In this document: positions 25,602 through 37,500 of the stretch, piece after piece
How positions within the stretch are numbered: the stretch's first letter is position 1
How the letters are laid out: each line of letters begins with the position of its first letter
The notes under the pieces: model-generated
The model's input: only the letters and a program-made list of their open reading frames with translations
The model's database searches: none
Told to the model about the DNA's origin: nothing
Translations under genes and position numbers: made by a program
Assembly: GCA_973895155.1 (NCBI GenBank)
Contig: OZ316897.1
Location: forward strand, 2,297,312-2,361,311
Source of the DNA: Marsupella aquatica
Lineage: Eukaryota; Plantae; Marchantiophyta
Direction: 5' to 3'
DNA length: 64,000 nucleotides

Positions 25602-26137
25602 GGTGAAAGGAAAACAGAAAATCTGTTACATAAACCCTTAGCAACTTTGAAGCTTTGAGACGAGACAGTCGTAGTGAAAGAAGCGTTTTGGTGAAGCTCG
25701 GTAGGAGCAATCTGAGCTCGATTAATAACAGTGTCTCTTTCAAGTCTTTCGCAACAAGGTCGACTCATTTTCTCAAGCTCCCTCACGCAAAGAAGTTTTA
25801 GCTCGATCTACTCACACTCTGTCTCGGTTTTGTTGATTCTCTCGTACACTAGGTTTAACCATTTTGTCGAACCTCGGCGCAGAAATCTTAGTTTGACAAA
25901 CTCTCTGTCTGTGCACGCTCCGGCTTTTCGAGCATGATGAAGTTTGTAGAATGATGGCTGCTTCAGTTCTCTTGGATGTCTCTGCGGTAGTCGGGGGTCT
26001 CGGTTATCATGGTCTTCTAGGAACTGACACAAAATAAGAATTCCGTCCGATTTTGTCTGCTGTCTCGTCCGATTTCTCTTTGCGGATGGACGGACGGACT
26101 GAATTTTTGTTAGGGAGAGTTTTCACTTCGCTCGGGG

Positions 26138-29100
26138 ATGGGTGACTCCGAATCTGAGTCTGGCAGTAGTCCTCCATTAGAGGGCACTGTAGGGATGGAT
26201 CCTGGCTCCACTCCACCAGCAGCAGAAGCTGCTAAGAAACGTGAAGAAGTAGGGGAGACACCTAACTCTGCAACTGGGACTGAGATTGGTGTCTTGAGAG
26301 ACGGGTTGCCTACGATAGAAACGACTACTGCATCATCACGTCCTGCTGATCGCGAAGACGAATCGAAGGCCCTGGATGCTGTTCCTCCTCCTACTGCTGA
26401 TCGCAAAGACTTGTCCGAATCGAAGGCCCTTGTTGCTGCTATTCCTGAAGCTAATGTGACGAAGTCGCCACCGAAGACGCCCCCCAAGAAGCAATGGGCG
26501 GATGAAGAGTTTGAAGAGGATCCTGTCGCAGGGCTGACGTTGGATAAGCTCATAGTGTCACCCGCTGATGAGGCGGACAAACCCGACCTTACCCTCAAGG
26601 CTGTTGCTCTAAATGAAGCCTTTGAGGCCCCTGAAACTGAGATTCGGAAGGTTGGTGATCTCTGAACTTTTTCTCTGAACTTAATTAAGAGATTGCTGTA
26701 GTTAGGTGCAAGCTTTCGTATGGTGTTAAACCCTAATGGTACTGGCAAGCACACCCCTTTCCACATGTGTGGGAATTCTGGATTGTGAGAAGACAAAAGT
26801 GAGGGCCCATTATGTAGTTGTAATGGGTCTCCATTCAGATGGAATAAGCCATACTGACGTAACTCCGTGATGCAGGTGCTTGCTGGTAATACACCTTACA
26901 CTTCAGCCAAAAGCTTCGAAGACCTAAACCTCTCAGAAAGCTTGCTGAGGGGTCTTTACTCAGAGATGAAGTTCGAGAAACCTAGTCGAATTCAAGCTGA
27001 AACATTGCCCTTGATTCTGAGAGCACCCTACGAGAATTTAATTGCCCAGGCACATAACGGTTCAGGGAAGACAACGTGCTTTGTTCTTGGAATGCTGAGC
27101 AGGGTCAATCCGGCCATCAAAGCTCCCCAAGCATTGTGTGTTTGTCCGACACGTGAATTGGCTGTTCAGGTACCTATCAAGTCCAACGGACTCTCCGTGT
27201 CTATCACAGCTTTGACACCGTGAGGTTTTGAGCATGTCTCGGTGTATTAGTGTTTTCCCCCGGTGTATTATGAAGGAGAATTTTCCTTGAGCAATAATCC
27301 GACCTAATTTTGGCCTACAATGGGACAACTTCATTAATCTACTTTAGAGTGGACTGTTAACCACAACCCTAGGATATTCAGCGTTGTCTCGAGTTTGGGA
27401 ATACCAAGTATTCAGATTTTTGTGCAGGCAGTACTTAATAGTCGTACATTTGTGTTGTTTTGATGGACAGAATGAAGAAGTGTTATTAAAAATGGGAAAG
27501 TATACAGGTATTACATCAGCATGCACAGCTGCAGCAGAAACTGCCGGTGTAACTTCGTCAAGGCGAGAAAAAATTGTCGACCAAGTGGTTATTGGAACCC
27601 CTGGTACTTTGAAGCGGTGGATGACAAAGGATAAAATTTTAAGTACAAAGAACATCAATGTGCTAGTGTTCGATGAAGCCGATCATATGTTCGATCAGGT
27701 GAACTGATGTGTTTTGAGCTTGATCAGATGATCGAAGTCAAATTATCTGCACTTTCCGTTCACTTGTCTGAGGCGAGCAATGTGTGAGGAGACTACAATC
27801 TCTTATTGTGGATCCCCTGTCTTTCAGGATGGCTTCCAAGATGACTCTTTGAGAATTATGAACAACATCAAGCAAAGCAAGGGGGGTGGCAGTTGTCAAG
27901 TAAGAACAACCCTCCTTTACTTCTGATTTTAAAGCATATTTTGTTAATGAAGAAACTAGTGAATCAAATTATTGAGTGGGACGGCAATTTTCTGCATACT
28001 TGCACAATAGTTGTTTGTGGGGCTCAGTCGCCCTTCAGAAAACCTAGACACCCGGCTAAACTCTAAATAACAACTACTTATTTGCATTCACTGAATGGCA
28101 CCCCGTTCGGGGCATTGATTTAATTGCACCCATATCTTCCTTGGCAAAGGTGTTGATTTCTTATGTCCTGGTTGCTTGAATGCAAATCTGTAATTGCAGT
28201 AGCTCTCGCTGTGGTTGCCGAAGTTCATTTTGCTCCTATGTTTCGTCTATTTTGCAGGTTTTGCTTTTCTCTGCCACGTTTAGCGATAAAGTGAAGGCCT
28301 TCGCAGTGAGAGCGATACCTAAAGCACACAAGATATTTGTTCCAAAAGAGGATCTGTCTCTGGATGTTATCAAACAGTACCGAGTGAGATGCCCAAGTGT
28401 TAGTTCTAAGGTTATGGTCCTTAAGGATAGAATTTTTCCCGCAGCGGAAAAATTGGGACAATCTATTATCTTTGCGCGGACGCGTCTGAGTGCCAGTGAC
28501 TTACATAAAACACTGGAGGCCGATGGTTTCAAGTGCACAAGTATCCAAGGTGGTCTCAGTCATGAAGATCGAGATCGTGTGATCAGAGAATTCAGGTCAG
28601 GAGAGACCAAAATCCTGATCGCAACAGATGTTCTTGCTCGGGGATTTGATCAAGCTCAGGTGAAAGCAGCTTTTTGTAAATGGCTGTTAGTGACAATGCT
28701 GAATACTGGCACCTTTGGAGCAAAGACAGTGTACTTTGTCTGACCGTTGATTGAAACTTGCAGGTTACTTTGGTTGTGAACTACGATATCCCAACAAAGT
28801 CATCAGACGCGTATGAACCAGACTATGAGCTTTATCTGCACAGGATTGGTAGAAGTGGACGATTTGGCCGTAAAGGTAATTTCTTTTTGGATTTGGTCTT
28901 CCTAGAGTCTAGCACTTGCTGCAACTGAGAGTTATCCCTCCACATCCTAGACAGACTAACATCTTACTTTTTTGACTGCAGGCGCTGCATTCAATCTGAC
29001 AGCCAGTGACAAGGATGAAAGGATAGTGGACCTCATTTCTGCGCATTTTAACAAAGAAATTCCAGAGGTTGGCATTCAAATATTCATTGCTTTAAGAACA

Positions 29101-29632
29101 TTGTTGAACTATGTGATAGAACACATTTACAGCTTTAGTTCTATCATTCACCAGTAAGTTCGTACCCGTCGTTGTACTTCAAGCTACAATGTTGTGATGG
29201 TGAAAGAGGTCGCCATGTTGTGGCAATACGGACAGAAAGGGAAAGTTAAAGTAGATGGCTTCTGGTCTGGTGGTTTTGATGGGAGGGAGTTAGTAGGTGT
29301 TGACGCAAGCGATGGCTTCGGTCAACAAGTTTGATGCGGTTCTTTATGTGGGATGACCTGAATCGTAGCATTAGAGATCGTAGCATTAGAGACCTGGTTA
29401 GATCCGTTTCATAGAATCGTTAGTTTACTCCGATTGTAGAGGGACTGAGTCTGACCGATCCTACAGCTTGGAGATCTGGAGAGCACTATGAGTGGATTGA
29501 GTGAAATTCTAACCACCATTCGATTCAATTATATTGCGTTTACAGAAAATTTGGGTGGTGATTGTTTTGCAGGTTCCATGGGATGACGATGATGCCTTCG
29601 AAACGGTACTGAAGGATGCTGGATTGGCATAA
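26138..29632 (+). CDS. LOS4: DEAD-box RNA helicase DBP5/RH38 (mRNA export), 8 exons
   Basis: Exons 26138-26650, 26876-27169, 27471-27698, 27828-27899, 28258-28659, 28764-28875, 28982-29067, 29573-29632, all GT-AG. Motifs [54 protein letters not shown]. Confidence 0.95.
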
Positions 29633-30507
29633 GATAGCTTTGCATCAACAATGGATAATTCTGGCTGATCTAATTGCCTTCATGACCCAGTCAATATTTC
29701 TGCCCACTCTGGTGGATGTATAGTTTTTGATTCACTGCTTTTCGAGCATTCCAATTTTCATGTCCTACAATTTTGCTGCCAGTTGAGGACTATCATGTAG
29801 CGTAGATTTCCTTGTATGAAGATGTGGTTGTATTGTGCGAAACTGAGCCATCTGATTGGTGACAGTAAAAGGGTCATCGCTGGGATATTGTGCCATGCAT
29901 ATAAAAAAGCACGAGAGCCCAGTCTATTCATCTCTTCAATTATGGATCAGTTACCTACATTGAAAGTTGCAAGTCATAGTCAGAGATAATGTACCATATC
30001 GCTTTGCAAGAAGTGCACAACAACGCAAATCAGGGTCCGTATGCACAGTGAAGGAAGCGAAACAATTATCTTGAGATGCTGCGTACTTGTTGAGTGAAAA
30101 CTAAATCACCACATGACCCTCCATTGTATTACCGAAACAAAAGTAGACACTACATTCTTTCTCAATGCCATCACCAATATTACCTTCCCGTACATGGAGA
30201 GGGAAGGTCCGTGGATGCTAACGTTTGTGGCACTTTAACACAACTAAACTGGCCGAGGTGAGTTTGAGTATACCACATTTCACAAGCAAAAGTATACGTA
30301 AATCCATTACTATAGCAATGCTGAAACTAGAGTATAGCCCGGGATTCAACTTGAGCCCTGGCTCTTTGAAACTAGAGCACAGCATTTTTGCAAGGGGGAA
30401 AACTTGTGCCATCTGCTGGTCAAATGTAACCTCACATTGACTCCCTCCGTCTTGTTTCTTCACACATACAGTAAGTTCCATGCCTACAACACAGAACTGC
30501 ATGGATA

Positions 30508-30778
30508 CATGTGAACCTCTTGTAAGAACTGCTTTCTTGCCATATTTGGTGTTGGAAAAACTAGTTCATTAAAAATGACTTCATCCTCTAAAATCCAGTT
30601 CCTAAAGTGGGAGCCCACTGGTGCAACTCCTCATTTAAAAAATTGACACATGTGAACCTATTGTAAGAACTTCTTTCTTGCCATATTTGGTGTTAGAAAA
30701 AGTAGTTAATTAAAAATGATTTACTCCTCTAAAATCCAGTTCCTAGAGTGGGAGCCCACTGGTGCAACTCCTCATTTC
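30508..30778. repeat. About 140-bp tandem duplication (2 copies, several substitutions)
   Basis: acatgtgaacct.ttgtaagaact...gggagcccactggtgcaactcctcattt at about 30508-30637 and about 30648-30777. Confidence 0.9.
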
Positions 30779-31538
30779 CAGTTTTTAGTCTTGAACTGAA
30801 ATGGGGAAGAACAACACTAGTCTCTCCCCACCCCAATAGTGACATACATTCTCTGTAGGTTACCCATTTCAGGGTGAGCTCACACAAATCTGACAGGACC
30901 CAACCAGGAGGGAGGGAGCATTAGAGCAAGGCAAGTGTACAACCAAGGGCCGAGTAGATAATCAGAAACATCCATCCATTATCTACAAAACCCATCCACC
31001 CACACAAAAATACACTCCTGATTTCCAACCAACTGTTTGCACTTCAGATAGACCCAAGATTTTTGTCTAAAGGGTGCTAAATAGTGTGTAAACTACCAGA
31101 ATGAAATATCCCATTAATTAGTCAAACATGTTTTTCACACACTCCAGGTGTCATTGAAAGAGCTTTCCAATGGTAGCAAGAAAGCAAACACACAATTGAA
31201 TCTCAAGAATTTCTTCGTTAAGACGCTCCTTAACTTTCTTTCTCCTTTACACTTGTATAGCATGTGTCCATCCTCGTCACCGTGTCCATCATGGCTCGAT
31301 TTTCCACATCATAGAATCACCATGATGGACTACTTAATGATCCATTACTCTGCACATGACCGTCATGATCTACGGCGCTACTCTCCCCACAGAAAAGGGG
31401 ATCGACGTTGGCCGTTGGATGCCAAGTGTAGAGTTAATTACCCCGTAGGTTACCCCTGTAAGCAACCCACTGTTAAGCCTGCAGTCCTCCAGTGGGCTGG
31501 CTATGGAGGACGGTGACTTGAACTAAATCTGAGTTCTA

Positions 31539-31571
31539 AGAGAGAGAGAGAGAGAGGGAGAGAGAGAGAGA
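31539..31571 (+). repeat. (GA)n microsatellite directly upstream of the start codon
   Basis: agagagagag... run ending a few bases before ATG 31576. Confidence 0.9.
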
Positions 31572-31575
31572 AACA

Positions 31576-34500
31576 ATGGCATCAGCGGTGCAGCCAGTCT
31601 GCCATGGTTGCAGAACAGGAGGATCAGTTGTTGCACTCACTCACGAACGAACATTCGCATCATCATCAATTTCATTTTCTTCTCAGCCAGTTTGCATTTG
31701 CAATAGGTGCGTAGCAGGAGGAGGAGGAGGAGGAGGATCAGTCGTTTCGCTTGTCAAGGCCCAGGAGCGATTCTCATCACCATCGCCGTCGTCAATTTCG
31801 TTTACTTCTCAATTGTGCAGCACCAGCGGCTCTGTGAGTGGCTCAAAGGCGTCCGCTCGTGCTTCAGGTGCTGCTGGATTTCGGTTCGGATGTATGAGTA
31901 GTTTCCATGGCGGGTTCAAGGTTTCAGCTCGCGCTTCATCCTCATCGTCGGAGGAGGATCGGTCCGGACGACAGTCGATTCGGGTCAATTCATCGAAAAA
32001 TGGCGCGGCCAATGCAATTTCCAACAGTAATGGAGCAGCGGCGACGGACTTGGACACGAGGATAGATGAGGAGACGAGAAAGGAATTTGCTCAATTGTGC
32101 AGCACCAGCGGCTCTGTGAGTGGCTCAAAGGCGTCCGCTCGTGCTTCAGGTGCTGCTGGATTTCGGTTCGGATGTATGAGTAGTTTCCATGGCGGGTTCA
32201 AGGTTTCAGCTCGCGCTTCATCCTCATCGTCGGAGGAGGATCGGTCCGGACGACAGTCGATTCGGGTCAATTCATCGAAAAATGGCGCGGCCAATGCAAT
32301 TTCCAACAGTAATGGAGCAGCGGCGACGGACTTGGACACGAGGATAGATGAGGAGACGAGAAAGGAATTTGCTCACGAAGGTGAAGCAGAACGAAGACAG
32401 GGGACGACGACGATTAGTGATGAGGACGATTTGTTACAACTCACGGGTGCGCCTTCCTGTTCGATGCCAAATTCGGAAATGACCGGAAACACTGTGACTC
32501 TGTTTAATCCCTTAAGCTGGTTGCCGGATTCCGTGCGGGGCACCAACGAGGAGCGGAGACCTCTTCTGCTGTACGCTCCGGGAATGGATGGCACAGGCCA
32601 AGGGATACGCTCGCAGCTGGGCTACTTCTGTGAAGCCGGGTACGTACTTATTTACGGTGACACTCCTGTACCTCAATTAATTCGTTGTAGAAATGGTCTG
32701 GCCTAGATTGGACTGAATTCCTTCAACAATCTGAATTCTTATCGGATCCATAAGTCGTGCAGACTCGGCCAAATTAATATTTCGTGTAAGGATTCTTAAT
32801 TCAAACGGAGACTCCCTGTCAGCCTTTCATTCCGTCATCGAAAGTCTTAAGACAATTCTTCCGTGTGGTAGTGGTGGAAGATATAGAGGTGAGGAAGCTC
32901 TTAATAATTTCCATAGGGGTTTTTCTATCAGATTGATAGGAAACACTTAGAAGCCGGAAGTGGAGCATTTCAGTGACCCCTTTTGCTGTTGAGCTTATCA
33001 CGGTTTGTTGTTCGCCTTCCATTTATAATGCCCCTTTCCGATCATTCATGTAGAAGTTCCAGAGTAATATCTTCTGTGTAGTACAATTGTTGGTTTGTCG
33101 AAAAGACTTATGTTTTGAAGCTTATTCTGAGGTACGTTAAGCTAGTCACAGGGAACTCTAATGCGCATGGAAATGTAGGTCGGAACATTGTGAGCATCGT
33201 GCAAATTTCTTTGTTGAAGCTTATTTTGAAGCACTGAACATGGTAATAAGCAAGTCCCCTGAACAACAGTATTGTCCTTAGGCGAATGTTACAGGGAATG
33301 TTGAGCGTTACACAGGGGTGCAGTATTGTAAAGACTCCGTCTGTAAACACGTTTCGAGTGGTTGAATTGGTGCCACTCGAAGTTGAATTGTAGAAAATTT
33401 ACTCACTCGGGTGTCGGGATTTCTCTTGATTGTATTTCCTGATGGTTCAGGAGCTCGTACCGACACCATAAATGCTCTAGAAGCCGGATTTTTGGTGATT
33501 CTCCAAAGCATTGAACCCTTCGACTTCGTTGCGAAGCGGATTCTGGATGTTTGACTGTCTTCCAGTGGATTGACATTTGTCCAAAGAATAGCTTGAAACT
33601 TTGAGTTCTCCAACTTTCTGAAGATCCATTTTCGTCAAGATGCTGGTTATTATGGTTGGCATTTGTCCATCAATTATCATCAAGAGATGTTTAGAGATAA
33701 CCTCAAACCGGAGACTAATTGCGGAAGAGGCGATCCGTAGAGCAAAAAACTGCAAACCCTTCAGTAAAATGACAACCAGAGAAAGATTCCGAAAGCCGAT
33801 GCTGTCGGAAGGACCATCTCGAAATAAGCATCGAGGAAAATACAAGAGATGCGTCTGGAAAGCACAACGCAAAAGTGCTTTGAAGCTCTTCGCTTCTTGA
33901 CATTGATAAAGCTAAATGATGTTCCAATTGCCTTATGTCATCTGGAGGATTGCACTCTTGTCACGTTTACCGTATCTGTCAAGTATAGCATGCTTAATTG
34001 ACGAAGAGATCCTGGGAGTAAGGCGGGAAGATCAAATCTTCGTTATGGCAAGGTGCATGCACAATTGACGTAAGATTGTTCGTGGATGCGCAGGTATGAT
34101 ATTCGATGTATATATATCCCAACTAGCGATCGGTCATCTTGGCAAGAATTGGTAAATGCCGTTCTCCCGTTATTAAGGGAGGAGGTCCGAGGAATAAACG
34201 GCGAGAATCGGCACCTTACGATTTTTGGAGAATCGTTTAGCGGAGGTTTGGCAATGCGCCTGGCTATAGCTGCTCCATCCTTAGTGACACGACTTGTATT
34301 GGTAGGCTGTTGCCCAATGTCTTTCGTCAAAGATTGTCTGTTTATTACACGTTGGTCCTTAAAAGGGTTGATATCAATGTCCAAAGATTGCTTACAAGGC
34401 CAATCTTTATTTGCCTGTTATTCTCTACAGTGGAGTGATATTTATATAGGAGCTGATGCGTAGATGGTCTATGTCTTTGAAGTACGAGAACCACTTATAA

Positions 34501-37500
34501 TCATTACAAGCTGAAGTATGGGGATTGTTTTACGTGCTTATGATTTGCTGGCCTTTTGGGCATAATGTCACGTTGGTGTTGTAGTTTCCTTTGCATATTG
34601 ACCCATTGCTCGTGCGTTGTAAACTTCATAGACGGCGCTCAGGATCTCAAAATATGCTGGGTGGTATTTCGTTGCAGTTGAATCCAGCTACAAATTTTCC
34701 ACGAAATAATTTTCTGGGAAGCTTGGCTGCGCGGACGGGACTGCTCTCAGTTTTTCCTGAAGGGTTTTATCAGATTGCTCAGGTGAGTGTTGTGCTTAAT
34801 TCTCTTACGCTTTTAGGATCTCATAACCTTCAGGAATTTGTTTGCAGACACTGTGAAACTGAACTCTATTTGCAGGACATACTTCTTCCTTTGCTGGTGA
34901 AGCGCAATCGTGTCTCTACAGCAGGCACCGAGGACTTCCTTTCTCCTATTGACTTCGTGCCGGCAGCATGTACTGCCTGGCGTTTGTCCATGCTGAATGA
35001 CACCTCAGGACTTGAGGACGAGGATTTGAGTTCAATTACCATGCCGACTCTTCTGGTTCGTTTCTTCTTTCTCCTTGGCTGTGCAAAGTTTTATTGCCGA
35101 AAGCTTGTTTTTTGCTGGAAAGCTTGGGATGACATGTTCCTGTGATGGAATTACATCACTCGGGAGGAGAAAAACCTGGGGCGAAAGATTTTGTGGATAT
35201 TCTCATTTCTGACCTGTATCGGATGTCAGTAGTTCTTGTAAAGTCGATGACCTACGGCTAGCAATAATTCTTACGTTATTATTATTTTTTGACGCCCAGG
35301 TCGTGTCAGCCAAAGACAGGATCCTACCGTCAGTAGCAGAAGGTGCACGATTGATGCGCCTGCTACCGAATGCCAAGCGTGCAGTTCTTCCTGAGAGGTA
35401 TTCTCTCATGACATGCAGACTAGTGAACACGGTTGTATACCTCCCTTTGTCTAATGTTTTATGACTTTGTAGAAGTAAAGCATGTACTTATTTCTTCGAG
35501 GAGTTTTGAGTCCCCTTTACTGTGTGTACGAGTGGAAGTGGAATCAGGCATAGATAAGCGAGGGTTGCACCCCAAGATTAGCTAAACACATAAGACAGAC
35601 CTGAGTACAATTAAAAATATCCAAGATTGGACCAAGGGTGGTAGACGAGATAAAAACGCTGGATATTACAAAAGCAGGGCATGGCCACTGCTGTCGAACG
35701 AATATAGCTGAGAACTGAATTTCTTGTTTCATGACCGGTACTTGCAGTGGGCATACAGCCCTATTTGAAGATTCGATAAATATGGTGGAGATCATGTTTG
35801 CCTATGGCTTTCCTCATCCATCTCACTCGTCATTCTCGTCGCCTTTATATTCTTCAAACGGGGCGCCCCCAAGTCTTGTGTCAAAGAGAGAGGAAGCAGT
35901 TTCAGATGAAGTGATGGACGAGATGGGGCTTATCTTGGAGCCCTGGAGGGTAAAGTCCCTCTTTTTGCTCACATGTCTGGTCTATTCTATGCTCCATTCT
36001 TAGCCGGAGGCTCACCATGCAGTCCATCTGCTACAAATGTGTTCAGCTGTATATTTGCGAGGCACTGTGGGAGCCTTGTTTGGGGAGCCCAACTGCGGTC
36101 CTGTTTTGAATTCTGCTGATTGCGCTTGGGTTCCTGCAGATATTAACATCACCTCTCATAAGTGGGACAGAAAATCTTCCACATCCATCATCTGAGGTTG
36201 ACTACTTGAAGTTGCTCGACGCCCTTTTACTTATGTCTCATGTTTTCTCAAACTTTGACTTTTTATCACATTTGCAGTCTTAGGTGATATTGTCTCCTAT
36301 TTCCAGTATGGGTATGAAGAGTGGGCGATGGATTTGCAGTAGCTTGAATCAATGTGGATGTTTATGTCGAGTTCCTACCTTCAAGCTTGGCTTGGAAGAA
36401 TTTCGACTTCGAATCGTTGGTTGGATACAGATGGAAGGCTTCTGCTTGGCTTAACAGAAAGTGTCACTAGCTAAAAATGATGATAGAACAATTGTGCACG
36501 GTATCGTATTCTTGAGCTAAATTGGATGTGGACTTTTCTATTGAACGTCTCGTGATTATAGCCCAGGCGGCCGTTACTATTTGTGGGAAACCACACAATC
36601 TTTGGCGCTTATGACTCTCCACTTCTCGTCCATGAGGTGTGTTGAACAATTGCCTGTGATCTGATGTGTCGTTAACTGGTTCGAAGTCATGATGTGGTTA
36701 GAGGCTTTATTCGATATTTAATAATACAGAACTACTGCTGGCGAAATATTTTTGAATGGACAATCTTGTTTTCATTGATGTAAGTTTTTCACATAACATC
36801 CCTACAGCTCTACATTCGAGGTTTTCTTTGTCGAGGATTGGCGCACCCAGGACACTGGATTACTGGCGCTGGGAAAATATTTGAGAGGTGAGTGAGTTGG
36901 TTCTTAGACTGGCCAGCTAGGCTTTTAAGGCATCCAAGCATGTCACCTTCTGTAATAAAAATACAATGTTTGTTAATATGGCTCTCATTTACTTCATGTA
37001 CCGGGGCACTTTTCGTAACACGAATAGTAAGTTTATCTTATTCCTGAATGCTCAAGCAAAATATGATTGGTGTGATACAGTTTACGTGGTCTGAGAGAAA
37101 TGGATGTTCAGTCAGTTATAAGGACGACGGCGGTAAAAAATCTTTTCGTTTGTATGTAATGTTCTGATGCAGATATGGAAATGTGAAAGCTACGAAACTT
37201 TCGGCTTACAGACTTCTTAAGGTTTACAACACTTCTGTGTTTATCCTGGCTCTAGTTACATCAAATCACTTTGTCTCGAATTGAATGATCTGGGAACATT
37301 ATACTGGAGACCTCATTTGGTAGATGTTATGAGTGTATCGCTGATTTTCTTGGGTCAATATTTCTCTCGTTATACAGGAGGGAGAGAATGTGTTGTTGTT
37401 CCCTGGAGGTGCGAGAGAAGTGTGCAAACGCAAAGTGAGTATTACGTGAACTCATTTTTACATCCATTCTGAATGTTTTACATTCCCAAGAGGACAGTAA

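Noticed and set aside
26110-26796. 228-aa antisense ORF over DBP5 exon 1
   Set aside because: Shadow ORF of a low-complexity coding exon with no recognisable domain.
33108-33927. Several 70-130-aa ORFs in PES intron 1
   Set aside because: No recognisable motifs, mostly non-ATG starts, and lengths expected by chance.
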